Origin: an uncultured Actinomycetes bacterium
GTDB taxonomy: Bacteria > Actinomycetota > Actinomycetes > Nanopelagicales > Nanopelagicaceae
Assembly (NCBI GenBank): GCA_964406345.1
Contig: CAYORK010000001.1
Span: 88,183-152,182, forward strand
Length of the DNA stretch: 64,000 nucleotides
Direction: 5' to 3'
Both the position numbers and the translations under genes were made by a program. Below the pieces are notes generated by a model. The model had not been told where the DNA came from. It did no database searches and saw only the letters and a program-made list of their open reading frames with translations. How positions within the stretch are numbered: position 1 is the stretch's first letter; each line of letters begins with the position of its first letter. Below, in pieces: positions 44,137 through 53,874 of this stretch.

Positions 44137-45512
44137 GTACGTCGAATTTCGTGCCTGGCAGTCATATCCACATGATCGGTATTGCAGGTTCAGGAATGAG
44201 TGGAATCGCCGAAATCCTGGCATCTCGCGGATTCAAGGTGAGCGGATCCGACGAGAAGGAGAGTGCGACCTTGCGATCTCTCGCCTCACGTGGCATTACC
44301 ACTTATGTAGGGCATCTAGCAGAGCAGGTTGGCGAAGCGAAGTATGTTGTTATCTCCAGCGCCATTCGAGAAGAGAACCCCGAACTCAGCGCAGCGAGAG
44401 CCAAAGGGATCGAGGTCGTTCGACGTGCCAGCGCATTAGCGCGACTTCTTCCAGGTAAGTTCTCAATCGCGGTCGCAGGAACACATGGAAAAACCACAAC
44501 CTCAGGGATGTTCGCTCAGATGCTCGATGCGCTTGGTCGCGATCCATCCTTTGTCATAGGTTCAAGGATTGCGTCACTTGGCGTTAGTGCACGTGAGGGC
44601 AGGGGAGATGTCTTCGTCGTTGAGGCCGATGAATCAGATGGTTCCTTTCTCGATTACAAGCCTGATGGTGCGATCATCACAAATGTAGAACTCGATCATG
44701 TCGACAACTTCTCCTCGATCGATGAGGTCATGGAGCTTTTCACTCGCTTCATCGCCACTGCGCAAGAGTTTGTCGTGATCTGTGGCGATGACCCCCGAGC
44801 GTCGGCATTGTCGGTACCGAGCGGCATACGAAGGATCACCTATGGAACCTCTGATCGATGCGACCTCCTGATCGATGAGATCGAAGAGCTCTCGGATGGA
44901 TTAGTGGCGCATTTGCAGTGGCAAGGCGGTGCGATAGCTCGGTTGCGCCTCCCAATCCATGGCAGACATAACGCGATGAACGCTGCTGCCGTGGTGGCAT
45001 CTGCCATTGCCATGGGAATCGACATTGCTGCCGCGACCAATGCGCTCTCCGGTTTTCGTGGGACAGCACGTCGCTTCGAAGTCAAGGGCGTCTTCGATGA
45101 GATCGCTATCGTCGATGACTATGGACACCATCCGACGGAGATCGAGGTGACGATCTCGGCGGCGCGCGCGGTGCTTGCTACTGCGGGAAAGGGAAGACTC
45201 TGCGTCATCTTCCAGCCCCATCGCTTCAGTAGGACAGCAGCATTCGCCGAAGGCTTCTCGAAGGCGCTCTCGGGAGCGGATCGATCCGTTGTGATGGACA
45301 TCTACAGCGCTGGTGAGGATCAATTACCCGGTGTAACGAGTGAGGCGATCGCGGAAAGAGCGAAGAATTCCATCCATCTTGGTGATTCGAGCCGAGTGAT
45401 CGAAGAGATCGTCATGTGGGCGAGGCCGGGGGACATCGTCCTCACCCTTGGTGCCGGAGATGTGACGGAGTTGGGGCCGAAGATCCTCACTGCGCTGAAG
45501 TCACGAGATTGA
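44133..45512 (+). CDS. murC: UDP-N-acetylmuramate--L-alanine ligase
   Basis: ATG 44133 (ATGA overlap with murG). HMIGIAGSGMSGIAEIL and GTHGKTTT motifs. The track ORF from 44007 is an extension. Confidence 0.9.
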   Translation: MSTSNFVPGSHIHMIGIAGSGMSGIAEILASRGFKVSGSDEKESATLRSLASRGITTYVGHLAEQVGEAKYVVISSAIREENPELSAARAKGIEVVRRASALARLLPGKFSIAVAGTHGKTTTSGMFAQMLDALGRDPSFVIGSRIASLGVSAREGRGDVFVVEADESDGSFLDYKPDGAIITNVELDHVDNFSSIDEVMELFTRFIATAQEFVVICGDDPRASALSVPSGIRRITYGTSDRCDLLIDEIEELSDGLVAHLQWQGGAIARLRLPIHGRHNAMNAAAVVASAIAMGIDIAAATNALSGFRGTARRFEVKGVFDEIAIVDDYGHHPTEIEVTISAARAVLATAGKGRLCVIFQPHRFSRTAAFAEGFSKALSGADRSVVMDIYSAGEDQLPGVTSEAIAERAKNSIHLGDSSRVIEEIVMWARPGDIVLTLGAGDVTELGPKILTALKSRD

Positions 45513-45522
45513 ATCGACCTCA

Positions 45523-46290
45523 ATGAGAAGGTTATTCGCACTCCTTGCTGCGTCGATGCTCGTTGGCTTGATCTACCTCATCGGCTGGTCGTCACTTCTC
45601 GCGATTTCGTCGGTATCGATCGAGACGACGGATCCCAAGAATGTCGCACTCATCGAGAATGAACTGGGAACTTCCGGACTCACCATCAAGGTCGGAGAGC
45701 CCTTGGCCCGCATCAACACCCGCGCGATTGAACGCTCGCTCAAAGATCAACCGTGGATCGGTGAGGTCAATCTGGAGCGCGATTGGATAGGTGGTGAGGT
45801 AAGACTCTTCGTACGAGAACGAATTCCACGTTTCGTCGTTGAAGAGAACACCCCGGTCACTGGTGGTTCGACGGGCTCGATCAGTTCGACCAAGAGATTC
45901 ATGACCGATGACGGAACACTCTTTGATTTGCCGGGGGATCTGGCGGCGGAGTACACGCAACTTCCGAAGGTTGAGATCCAGAGTGAGAGACAGGTCGACC
46001 GCGGTGACGCCGCGGAACTCTTCGCCGCGATCCATGAGAAGTTTCCTACTGAGCGAGTGATCGCAACCTCGCTATCGACCTTCATCACAGAAAGTCGGGT
46101 TCCCTTGGAAACCGGCTCGAATCCTGAGGATCAACCGGTTTCGAATCGGCTCATTCGCATCTCCTGGGGAGAGTTGAAAGAGATCTCGTCCAAGGTACTT
46201 GTGGTCGAAGAATTGATGAAATTGAAGGCAAATCGCGCAGTTTCTGTGATCGATGTCAGTAATCCAAGGTTGCCAATCGTCAGTCGATGA
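45523..46290 (+). CDS. ftsQ: Cell division protein FtsQ (POTRA domain)
   Basis: 255 aa, N-terminal TM helix then a POTRA-like region. Position between murC and ftsZ. Confidence 0.8.
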   Translation: MRRLFALLAASMLVGLIYLIGWSSLLAISSVSIETTDPKNVALIENELGTSGLTIKVGEPLARINTRAIERSLKDQPWIGEVNLERDWIGGEVRLFVRERIPRFVVEENTPVTGGSTGSISSTKRFMTDDGTLFDLPGDLAAEYTQLPKVEIQSERQVDRGDAAELFAAIHEKFPTERVIATSLSTFITESRVPLETGSNPEDQPVSNRLIRISWGELKEISSKVLVVEELMKLKANRAVSVIDVSNPRLPIVSR

Positions 46291-46398
46291 CGGCGAAGGT
46301 GCCGCCAGTAAGAGTGATCCTCGCCTTGAGACTTTCCATCGTGTCGGTGTTTGATTGCATCTGCATCGCTCTCTACTTTTGCGCGCACTACTGAACTC

Positions 46399-46423
46399 GA
46401 CTCTCAAGTTGAACTTGAGAGTC
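46399..46423 (+). promoter_or_regulatory. Perfect 10-bp stem / 5-nt loop hairpin directly 5' of the ftsZ SD
   Basis: GACTCTCAAG-TTGAA-CTTGAGAGTC. The SD GAGAGG lies at 46429-46434 and the GTG start at 46441. Confidence 0.8.
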
Positions 46424-46440
46424 CCATTGAGAGGCGCATC

Positions 46441-47580
46441 GTGGCCACACCGCAGAACTATCTAGCAGTCATCAAGGTCGTCGGTATCGGCGGAGGCGGT
46501 GGCAAGGCTGTCAATCGGATGATTGAAGCTGGCTTGAAGGGTGTCGAGTTCATCGCGATCAACACCGATTCACAAGATCTCTTCATGAGTGATGCAGATG
46601 TGAAGTTGGACATCGGCAGAAAATTGACGAAGGGACTTGGCGCAGGTGCGTCTCCCGACATCGGCAAGCAAGCTGCCCTCGATAGCATCACAGAAATCGA
46701 AGAGGTGCTTCGTGGCGCAGACATGGTCTTCATCACCGCAGGAGAAGGTGGCGGGACAGGTACCGGCGCAGCCCCTGTTGTCGCGAAGGTGGCTCGCGAG
46801 ATCGGTGCCTTGACGGTCGGTGTCGTAACTCGACCATTTAGTTTTGAAGGAAAGCGACGTTCACTGCAGGCGGAGGAGGGAATAGAAAATCTCCGGAGTG
46901 AGGTGGACACTCTCATCATCATCCCCAATGATCGTCTCTTGTCGATCTCTGATCGGTCAATCAGTCTTGTCGAAGCATTCCGCAGTGCAGATCAGGTCCT
47001 GCTCTCGGGCGTACAGGGGATAACTGATCTCATCACCACACCGGGATTGATCAATCTCGACTTCGCCGATGTGAAGAGCGTCATGAGTGGTGCAGGTTCT
47101 GCGCTGATGGGGATCGGTTCGGCTCGCGGTGAAGCGCGCGCTTCAAAGGCTGCGGAGTTAGCCGTTTCCTCACCGTTGCTTGAAGCTTCGATTGATGGTG
47201 CACATGGCGTGCTTCTCTCCATCGCGGGTGGCTCAGACCTTGGGCTCTTCGAAGTACATGAAGCGGCCGAGATGGTTGCGAAGTATGCGCATCCTGATGC
47301 GAACATCATTTTCGGTACCCAGATCGATGACACCTTGGGTGACGAGGTGCGAGTAACAGTGATCGCTGCCGGTTTCGAAGGGGGAGAGCCGAAGCGAGTT
47401 TCCGTACCCGTCATCGATAGCGCTGCGCTCCTCGGTAAGGCTGATCCGATCCCGAGCAATGACCCGATCGCTGTAGCGATGGAGAGTCACACAGAGGGTG
47501 AGGAATTGCCTCGACGTCGGGTTCGCTTCGAAGAACTCTTGGGCGAAGACGACATCGATGTCCCTGACTTCATGAAGTAG
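46441..47580 (+). CDS. ftsZ: Cell division GTPase FtsZ
   Basis: 379 aa from GTG 46441. [22 protein letters not shown] and the tubulin signature [10 protein letters not shown]. Confidence 0.95.
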   Translation: MATPQNYLAVIKVVGIGGGGGKAVNRMIEAGLKGVEFIAINTDSQDLFMSDADVKLDIGRKLTKGLGAGASPDIGKQAALDSITEIEEVLRGADMVFITAGEGGGTGTGAAPVVAKVAREIGALTVGVVTRPFSFEGKRRSLQAEEGIENLRSEVDTLIIIPNDRLLSISDRSISLVEAFRSADQVLLSGVQGITDLITTPGLINLDFADVKSVMSGAGSALMGIGSARGEARASKAAELAVSSPLLEASIDGAHGVLLSIAGGSDLGLFEVHEAAEMVAKYAHPDANIIFGTQIDDTLGDEVRVTVIAAGFEGGEPKRVSVPVIDSAALLGKADPIPSNDPIAVAMESHTEGEELPRRRVRFEELLGEDDIDVPDFMK

Positions 47581-47606
47581 TAGTAACCCGACCTCCACCA
47601 TAGGTT

Positions 47607-48341
47607 GTGACCATGGCACGCATCTGGTGCACCAATAGGACCGGGTTTCATCCTGCCTCTGCAAGATTTCGCGCACTTGGAGAGGTCGGTAATTCACTTC
47701 ATCCGTATCAATCCTTCAACCTCGGTACGAAAGTTGGGGACGAGATCGAACGAGTCATATTGAATCGCACCGCCCTTGCCTCGAGCTGCGAACTGAGTGA
47801 AATCAGATTCATGGATCAGATCCATAGCGACCTTATGATCGAGTGTGAAGCCGTCGAGACGACGGGGAGTTGTGATGGCATCTTCATCCGCCGTGACTCC
47901 TGGAACGATCAGGTCGGGCTCGCAGTGCAGGTCGCAGACTGCGTCCCTCTCATTCTTGCTGGCGAAGAGATCATCGCTGCCGTCCATGTAGGGAGAGAGG
48001 GTTTGGTGGGAGGCATGACGGAGTCCGCTCTCGTTGCGCTCGCTTCAACGACAGACCTCACGCGGCTCTCTGCAACCATCGGTCCTTCCATTTGCGGTGA
48101 TTGCTACCCACTCTCAGAGGAGACTTATCTAGCCGTAGCAGCTAGATACCCCAGAGCCATCTTCAAAGAGTCCGAGCAGAAGGTCGATGTGGCTGCCGGC
48201 GTGATCTCCATCCTGGAGGATCATCAGATCCCGTGGGCGTGGTTCGCCGGGACACGTGAGTGCGTTTCTTGCGATGACTCGTATTACTCCTACCGGAGAG
48301 ATCGGGTCACAGGACGTCAAGCCATGGTCGTTTCCTGGTGA
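47607..48341 (+). CDS. pgeF: Peptidoglycan editing factor PgeF (YfiH/laccase-domain family)
   Basis: 244 aa. Family blocks include DQIHS, ADCVPL and HVGREG. Canonical position after ftsZ. Confidence 0.85.
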   Translation: MTMARIWCTNRTGFHPASARFRALGEVGNSLHPYQSFNLGTKVGDEIERVILNRTALASSCELSEIRFMDQIHSDLMIECEAVETTGSCDGIFIRRDSWNDQVGLAVQVADCVPLILAGEEIIAAVHVGREGLVGGMTESALVALASTTDLTRLSATIGPSICGDCYPLSEETYLAVAARYPRAIFKESEQKVDVAAGVISILEDHQIPWAWFAGTRECVSCDDSYYSYRRDRVTGRQAMVVSW

Positions 48342-49054
48342 TGAATCGATCGGATCGTTCGGCCGAGATCGCCCGAAGATTGAGCGAGGTGCGTAGCGAG
48401 CTTGCGTCGGGAGTGACTCTCATCGTGGTCACGAAGAATTTTCCGGTCAGTGATATCGAGATCCTCTTCGAGTTGGGGGAGAGAAACTTCGGTGAGAATC
48501 GAGTGCAAGAGCTGTTGAGCAAACGTCAGGCAATGAGACCTGAGATGGATGATGAGATCACCTGGCACTTCCAAGGCCAGATTCAGAGCAATAAGACTTC
48601 GGCGCTCAATCGAAATGCTGATGTGATCCATTCGTTGGATTCTGAGAGAGTGATCGAGCGAATATCGCCTGACCGAGAAGTCTTTCTTCAGATAAATCTC
48701 GACCTCGCATTCGAGTCGCAGCGTGAGAGCGTCATAGCCTCTGACCCACCGTCTCGCGCTGGCATCGAGCCAAGGGAAATAGAACGGTATTCCCGATTGA
48801 TGGTCTCCCGATTCGGCAGTAACTTCCTTGGCGTCATGGCCGTGGCGCCACATTTCCCAGGGATCACGAGTTCTCAAATCAGCGATTCGTTCGGATGGCT
48901 CCACTCTCTGAGTCAAGAAGTGCAGTCGATCGCACCGGGGGCCCAAGCCATCTCTGCAGGGATGAGTGGTGATTATCGTCTTGCCCTCGCACATGGTGCG
49001 ACACATATTCGCCTCGGGAGCTCAATCCTCGGACAACGGACTTCGGAAGCCTAA
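48338..49054 (+). CDS. yggS: YggS-family pyridoxal-phosphate homeostasis protein
   Basis: 238 aa. VTKNFP (PLP lysine), FGENRVQE and HIRLGSSILG blocks. Confidence 0.85.
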   Translation: MMNRSDRSAEIARRLSEVRSELASGVTLIVVTKNFPVSDIEILFELGERNFGENRVQELLSKRQAMRPEMDDEITWHFQGQIQSNKTSALNRNADVIHSLDSERVIERISPDREVFLQINLDLAFESQRESVIASDPPSRAGIEPREIERYSRLMVSRFGSNFLGVMAVAPHFPGITSSQISDSFGWLHSLSQEVQSIAPGAQAISAGMSGDYRLALAHGATHIRLGSSILGQRTSEA

Positions 49055-49063
49055 AATTCATCT

Positions 49064-49531
49064 ATGTCTAAAGGCCTACGCAAGATGACCGATTACCTCG
49101 GGCTCACCGAGCCTGACGAAGCTGCAGTTACGGAGGTCGCTCGACCGGCTCTGCGCACCGTGAGTTCTCCGGCGACAACGACTCCAGTGACACCAGCTCG
49201 GGTCGCGCCGTCACAACCACTTCCTGGCATTGCTCAGAGCGCAGCCCTCGATCGAATCATCACGCTCCATCCTCGCTTCTATAACGAAGCTCGAACAGTC
49301 GGTGAGCATTTCCGACAAGGCAATCCAGTGATCATCAATTTGAGCGATATGGATGATGCTGAGCGCAAGCGAATCATTGATTTTGCATCAGGGTTGGTCT
49401 TCGGTCATAGCGGATCCATCGAACGCGTGACATCAAAGGTCTTCTTGCTCTCACCTCCCAATGTGACGGTGAGCGCTGAGGACAAGTCTGCCGCAGCAGC
49501 TGCTTCCGCAGACTTCTTCAACCAGAGCTGA
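49064..49531 (+). CDS. sepF: Cell division protein SepF
   Basis: 155 aa. Disordered N-terminus then the SepF core (PRFYNEARTVGEHFRQGNPVIINL...KVFLLSP). Confidence 0.85.
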   Translation: MSKGLRKMTDYLGLTEPDEAAVTEVARPALRTVSSPATTTPVTPARVAPSQPLPGIAQSAALDRIITLHPRFYNEARTVGEHFRQGNPVIINLSDMDDAERKRIIDFASGLVFGHSGSIERVTSKVFLLSPPNVTVSAEDKSAAAAASADFFNQS

Positions 49532-49535
49532 GTGA

Positions 49536-49832
49536 GTGCAGATGAGCCTCGGTTCTCTCCTTATTCAGATCCTCAATATCTTCGTCCTCTTTCTCTTGGC
49601 AAGATTGATCCTGGATTATGTTCGGATGTTCAAGCCTGGATGGCGACCACGAGGGATACTGCTTCCGATCTTGGAGATCGTTTATCTCGTAACCGATAAG
49701 CCACTCTCATTCGTGCGTCGTTTCGTGCCTCCCCTGCGATTGGGGCCGGTCGCGCTCGATCTCTCCTTCATCGTGCTCTTCTTCGGTATTCAGTGGTTGG
49801 TGATCCCTCTAATCCGCGCGTTGCCGATTTGA
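49536..49832 (+). CDS. yggT: YggT-family membrane protein
   Basis: 98 aa, 2-3 TM helices, canonical position after sepF. Confidence 0.8.
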   Translation: MQMSLGSLLIQILNIFVLFLLARLILDYVRMFKPGWRPRGILLPILEIVYLVTDKPLSFVRRFVPPLRLGPVALDLSFIVLFFGIQWLVIPLIRALPI

Positions 49833-49850
49833 TCAGCGAGCAGGCGACTT

Positions 49851-52800
49851 CTACGGACTCTGCTTGCGCTCCAACCGAAGTGCTAGCCCAATTTCATTCT
49901 CGGCAAGAGCGAGAGTCGCATCCCTTTTGATCTCAGTGGCAAGCACTTCTTCGCCGATGCGGCTGGAGTGTGTCGTTATCGCAGGCACGTTCTCCTCGCT
50001 TGCGTTCCAGACCAAGCTGATCCGGTCGGAGATGTCGAAACCGAGCGCTTTACGCTCATCTTGGATCAAGCGGATCGCCTCGCGAGCGATGCCCTGTGCG
50101 AGCAACTCAGGCGTCAGCGTGAGATCGAGAGCAAGGCTCTCTCCGTGGGCTGAGGCGTAAGTCCAACCTTCGCGCGGAGTCTCGGTGACGAGTACGTCTT
50201 CGGTTGTGATCTCGGCCTTCTGGGTGTGGCCATCAGCATCGCGGTAGTCGATGGATGTAGAACCCTTCGAGCGAAGTACCGCGACCAAATCCGCAGCGTC
50301 TTTGGCATGGATTGCCTTCGCTATCGCCTGGACGGAAGCGCCGTACTTCGTACCAAGTGATCGGAAATTAGCCTTGACTGAGACGTCCACTAAATCGCCG
50401 GAGACAGAGAGATCATCGAGCGCAAGGACGTTGAGTTCATCTGAGATTTGATCCCGCAACTCTGCTGGAAGTGATTGCCAGCCTCTTGCCGAGATGAGTG
50501 CGCGAGAGAGCGGTTGCCTAATCTTCACTGCAGATTCTGCTCGCGCAGCACGACCAAGCTCAACAAGTCGACGAGTGAGGGCCACTTGCTGAGATAGATC
50601 CTGGTCAATGAGGGAGGGATCGGAGAGGGGGAAGGCCGCGAGGTGGACCGATTCTGCGGCGCCACCTTTGACCGTCGTGATCAATTTCTGCCAAACATGT
50701 TCGGTGATGAAAGGAACCATGGGCGCCATCAGTAACGTCAGGTTCTCCAAGCAATAGTGAAGGGTCTCGAGCGCATCGAGGTCGCCGTCCCAGAATCTCC
50801 TCCGGGAACGTCTGACATACCAATTCGAGAGTTGATCGATGAACTCTGCGATCACTCGACCACTCTCTTGAGAGTCGAAGTTCGAGAGCGCCTCATCCAC
50901 CTGCTTGATCAAGAGGTGAAGTTCACTGAGGATCCAGCGGTCAAGGAGATGAGCGCTATTGGGAGCCTTTCCGTTCTGCGACGGCGTGAATCCCGCAGCT
51001 TTGGCGTAGAGGGTTTGGAAGGAGACGGTGTTCCAGTAAGTCAGCAGGGTCTTGCGAACCACTTCAGTGATCAAATCATGGCCGACGCGTCGCGCGCTCC
51101 ACGGTGAGCCCGCAGCGAGCATGAACCAGCGGACAGCATCTGCACCATGCTGATCCATCAGCGACATCGGCTCCAAGACATTGCCAAGGTGCTTGCTCAT
51201 CTTTCGGCCATCCTTATCAAGGATGTGTCCGAGACAGAGGACGCTTCGATAGGAGGATTGATCGAAGACGAGAGTGCCGATCGCCATCAATGTGTAGAAC
51301 CAGCCGCGAGTCTGATCGATGGCTTCGCAGATGAAGTCAGCGGGATATGCGGAATCGAAGATCTCCTTCGAGCCCTCACGGTGTGGGTATCCCCATTGCG
51401 CGAAAGGCATGGCACCGGAGTCATACCAAACATCAATCACCTCAGGTACGCGCTTCATCGAAGATGGACTCGTTGACGGGCAGAGCGGGCAAAGGAATCG
51501 GATCTCATCGACATAGGGGCGATGGGGATCGGTTGCAGTGAGGTCGCTGCCTGCCAACTCACTCAACTCCTTGAGCGAGCCGACGCAGATATCGTGCGAT
51601 TTCTCTCCGCTTTCGCAACGCCAGATCGGAAGTGGCGTGCCCCAGAATCGATTACGAGAAAGGGCCCAGTCGATGTTGTTATTGAGCCAATCCCCGTAAC
51701 GACCATCCTTGATGGTCCCTGGATGCCAATCCGTGGCAGAGTTCTCACGTAACAGTGCGTCTTTGATCTTTGTGGTTCGGATATACCAAGAAGGTTGTGC
51801 GTAGTAGATCAACGGTGTGTGGCAGCGCCAGCAGTGAGGGTAGGAGTGTTCGTAAGGAAGATGCTTGAAGAGGAGCTCCCGACCCTTGAGATCCTTGACC
51901 AGCGCTTTGTCAGCTTCCTTGAAGAATTGCCCACCGATCAATGGCAACCCACTTTCGAAGGTGCCATCACCGCGCACTGGATTGACGACTGGAAGGCCGT
52001 ACTTCCTGCAGACTGCGAGGTCATCAGCGCCGAATGCGGGGGATTGATGGACTAGTCCAGTGCCATCCTCGACGGTGACGTAATCCCCAAGGACGATGTA
52101 ATGGGCGTAAGGAATCTCGATGAGATCGAAGGGGCGCGAGTAGGTGACTCTCTCCAATTCGGATCCGAGATAGCTCTTGAGGACGCGATGCTCGCCCACG
52201 ACGGCTGCGAGCTCCTTGGCGACGACAAGACGCTCGCCATCTTCCTCTCGCTCCAAGACCAGGTACTCGACCTTGGGATTGACAGCCACTGCCGTGTTTG
52301 AGACCAGAGTCCATGGTGTTGTCGTCCACACCAAGAACTTCGCCTCTAGTTCAGCCAACTCTCCCGAGGTCGCTGGGAATCGAACATAGACAGATGGATC
52401 AGTGACGGTCTCATAGCCTTGTGCAAGTTCGTGATCAGAGAGCCCCGTCCCACAGCGCGGGCAATATGGCGCCACACGATGATCCTCGCCAAGGAGCCCC
52501 TTATTCCAGATCTCTTTCAGTGACCACCAGATGCTCTCGACATACTCTGGCGACATGGTCCAGTAGGCCTGGTCGAAATCGACCCAGAAACCCATCCTTT
52601 TCGTCATGTCGGTGAATGCTCCGACATGACGCTGGACTGACTCTCGACATTTCTGATTGAACGCTGCTATTCCATACTTCTCGATGTCGCCCTTGCCAGA
52701 GAATCCAAGTTCCTTCTCTACTGCGATCTCTACCGGCAATCCATGGCAATCCCAACCAGCTTTTCTCCGGACGTATCGACCCTTCATCGTGTGGAATCGT

Positions 52801-53018
52801 GGGAAGACATCCTTGAAGACGCGAGCCTCGATGTGATGAGTACCTGGCATGCCATTGGCGGTAGGAGGCCCTTCGAAGAAGGTCCAAGGTTCGCCCGATT
52901 CGCGTGAGGAGAGAGACTTCTCAAAGATCTCGCGGCTGTCCCAGAATTCGAGGATTTCGCGCTCGACAGCAGGGAGGTCGATATGGGGGGAGAGCTGCGG
53001 ATACTGTCGCTCGCTCAT
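49851..53018 (-). CDS. ileS: Isoleucine--tRNA ligase (type 2)
   Basis: 1055 aa. HIGH-like PTANGMPGTHH, KMSKHLGN, CP1 editing domain. Confidence 0.95.
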   Translation of the reverse strand: MSERQYPQLSPHIDLPAVEREILEFWDSREIFEKSLSSRESGEPWTFFEGPPTANGMPGTHHIEARVFKDVFPRFHTMKGRYVRRKAGWDCHGLPVEIAVEKELGFSGKGDIEKYGIAAFNQKCRESVQRHVGAFTDMTKRMGFWVDFDQAYWTMSPEYVESIWWSLKEIWNKGLLGEDHRVAPYCPRCGTGLSDHELAQGYETVTDPSVYVRFPATSGELAELEAKFLVWTTTPWTLVSNTAVAVNPKVEYLVLEREEDGERLVVAKELAAVVGEHRVLKSYLGSELERVTYSRPFDLIEIPYAHYIVLGDYVTVEDGTGLVHQSPAFGADDLAVCRKYGLPVVNPVRGDGTFESGLPLIGGQFFKEADKALVKDLKGRELLFKHLPYEHSYPHCWRCHTPLIYYAQPSWYIRTTKIKDALLRENSATDWHPGTIKDGRYGDWLNNNIDWALSRNRFWGTPLPIWRCESGEKSHDICVGSLKELSELAGSDLTATDPHRPYVDEIRFLCPLCPSTSPSSMKRVPEVIDVWYDSGAMPFAQWGYPHREGSKEIFDSAYPADFICEAIDQTRGWFYTLMAIGTLVFDQSSYRSVLCLGHILDKDGRKMSKHLGNVLEPMSLMDQHGADAVRWFMLAAGSPWSARRVGHDLITEVVRKTLLTYWNTVSFQTLYAKAAGFTPSQNGKAPNSAHLLDRWILSELHLLIKQVDEALSNFDSQESGRVIAEFIDQLSNWYVRRSRRRFWDGDLDALETLHYCLENLTLLMAPMVPFITEHVWQKLITTVKGGAAESVHLAAFPLSDPSLIDQDLSQQVALTRRLVELGRAARAESAVKIRQPLSRALISARGWQSLPAELRDQISDELNVLALDDLSVSGDLVDVSVKANFRSLGTKYGASVQAIAKAIHAKDAADLVAVLRSKGSTSIDYRDADGHTQKAEITTEDVLVTETPREGWTYASAHGESLALDLTLTPELLAQGIAREAIRLIQDERKALGFDISDRISLVWNASEENVPAITTHSSRIGEEVLATEIKRDATLALAENEIGLALRLERKQSP

Positions 53019-53053
53019 TCGCGCAAGCCTACCAATCCCACTACCCTCAGCCC

Positions 53054-53866
53054 GTGCCTGCGAAGAAGACAGCGAAGAAGCCGATCAAGAAGTCAGCGGT
53101 AAAGAAGGTCAAGCCAGCGACCAAGAAGTCCGCCCCGAAGGTCGCTTCCAAGTCTCCGAAGAAGTCGCCCGAAAAGAAGAGCAAGACGGTTGCGAAACCA
53201 GCTCCTAAGCCAGTGGCTAAGCCTGCGGTGAAGAAGAGTGCAGCATCGAAGCCGGTGATCGTCCGAGGTAAGGCGAAGACAGCATTGACCTCGACGACCG
53301 CCAAGGGTGCGACCACCATCTCGGTTTACAAACCTGAAGTCGAATCAAATGCTGAGGCTGTCGTCGAAGAGAAGAAGCTCTTGATGCTTCCCCCAGCACG
53401 TACCGCCAAGCAGAACCTAAAGGGTGCAGCCGCAAAGAAGGTGCCACAACTCAAGCCAATCAAGGGCGCACCGACACCAGTTGCTACTGCCGAAGGTGAT
53501 GAGCAATGGACCGCGACCGAGCTCAAGAACGTTCGCGCTGAACTAGCCAAGGACTTGGTGCGTTTGAAGGCGGAATTGGCAGAGATCGAATCCGAGATGG
53601 ACGAGCTGATCGAGAGAGATGGAATCGGCGCCGGGGATGATCAAGCAGATGCAGGCACCAAGACTTTCGAGCGTGAGCACGAGATGTCCTTGGTCTACAA
53701 CGCTAGGGATATGGTTTTGCAGACCGAACGTGCTCTGGATCGGATCGATAGCAAGACCTATGGCCTTTGCGAGGATTGCCACAACCCCATCGGCAAGGCT
53801 CGATTGAGAGTCTTCCCGCGAGCCACCCTCTGCATGAAGTGCAAGGCCAAAGAAGAGCGTCGCTAA
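53054..53866 (+). CDS. Histone-H1-like / DksA-TraR C4 zinc-finger fusion protein (DdbA-like)
   Basis: 270 aa from GTG 53054. The N-terminal 70 aa are K/A/P-rich (AKKTAKKPIKKSAVKKVKPATKK...). The C-terminus has a coiled-coil plus CEDC-x17-CMKC. Same position as Streptomyces SCO2075, between ileS and lspA (recalled). Confidence 0.75.
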   Translation: MPAKKTAKKPIKKSAVKKVKPATKKSAPKVASKSPKKSPEKKSKTVAKPAPKPVAKPAVKKSAASKPVIVRGKAKTALTSTTAKGATTISVYKPEVESNAEAVVEEKKLLMLPPARTAKQNLKGAAAKKVPQLKPIKGAPTPVATAEGDEQWTATELKNVRAELAKDLVRLKAELAEIESEMDELIERDGIGAGDDQADAGTKTFEREHEMSLVYNARDMVLQTERALDRIDSKTYGLCEDCHNPIGKARLRVFPRATLCMKCKAKEERR

Positions 53867-53874
53867 AAGCTATC

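Noticed and set aside
53280-53320. GGUGGUCGCACC on the minus strand upstream of ileS, which superficially resembles the T-box core GGUGGUACCGCG.
   Set aside because: It lies about 290 nt from the ileS start, inside the coding sequence of the DksA-like gene. It has mismatches in the invariant ACCGCG and no adjacent specifier-loop or Stem I features that I could find.
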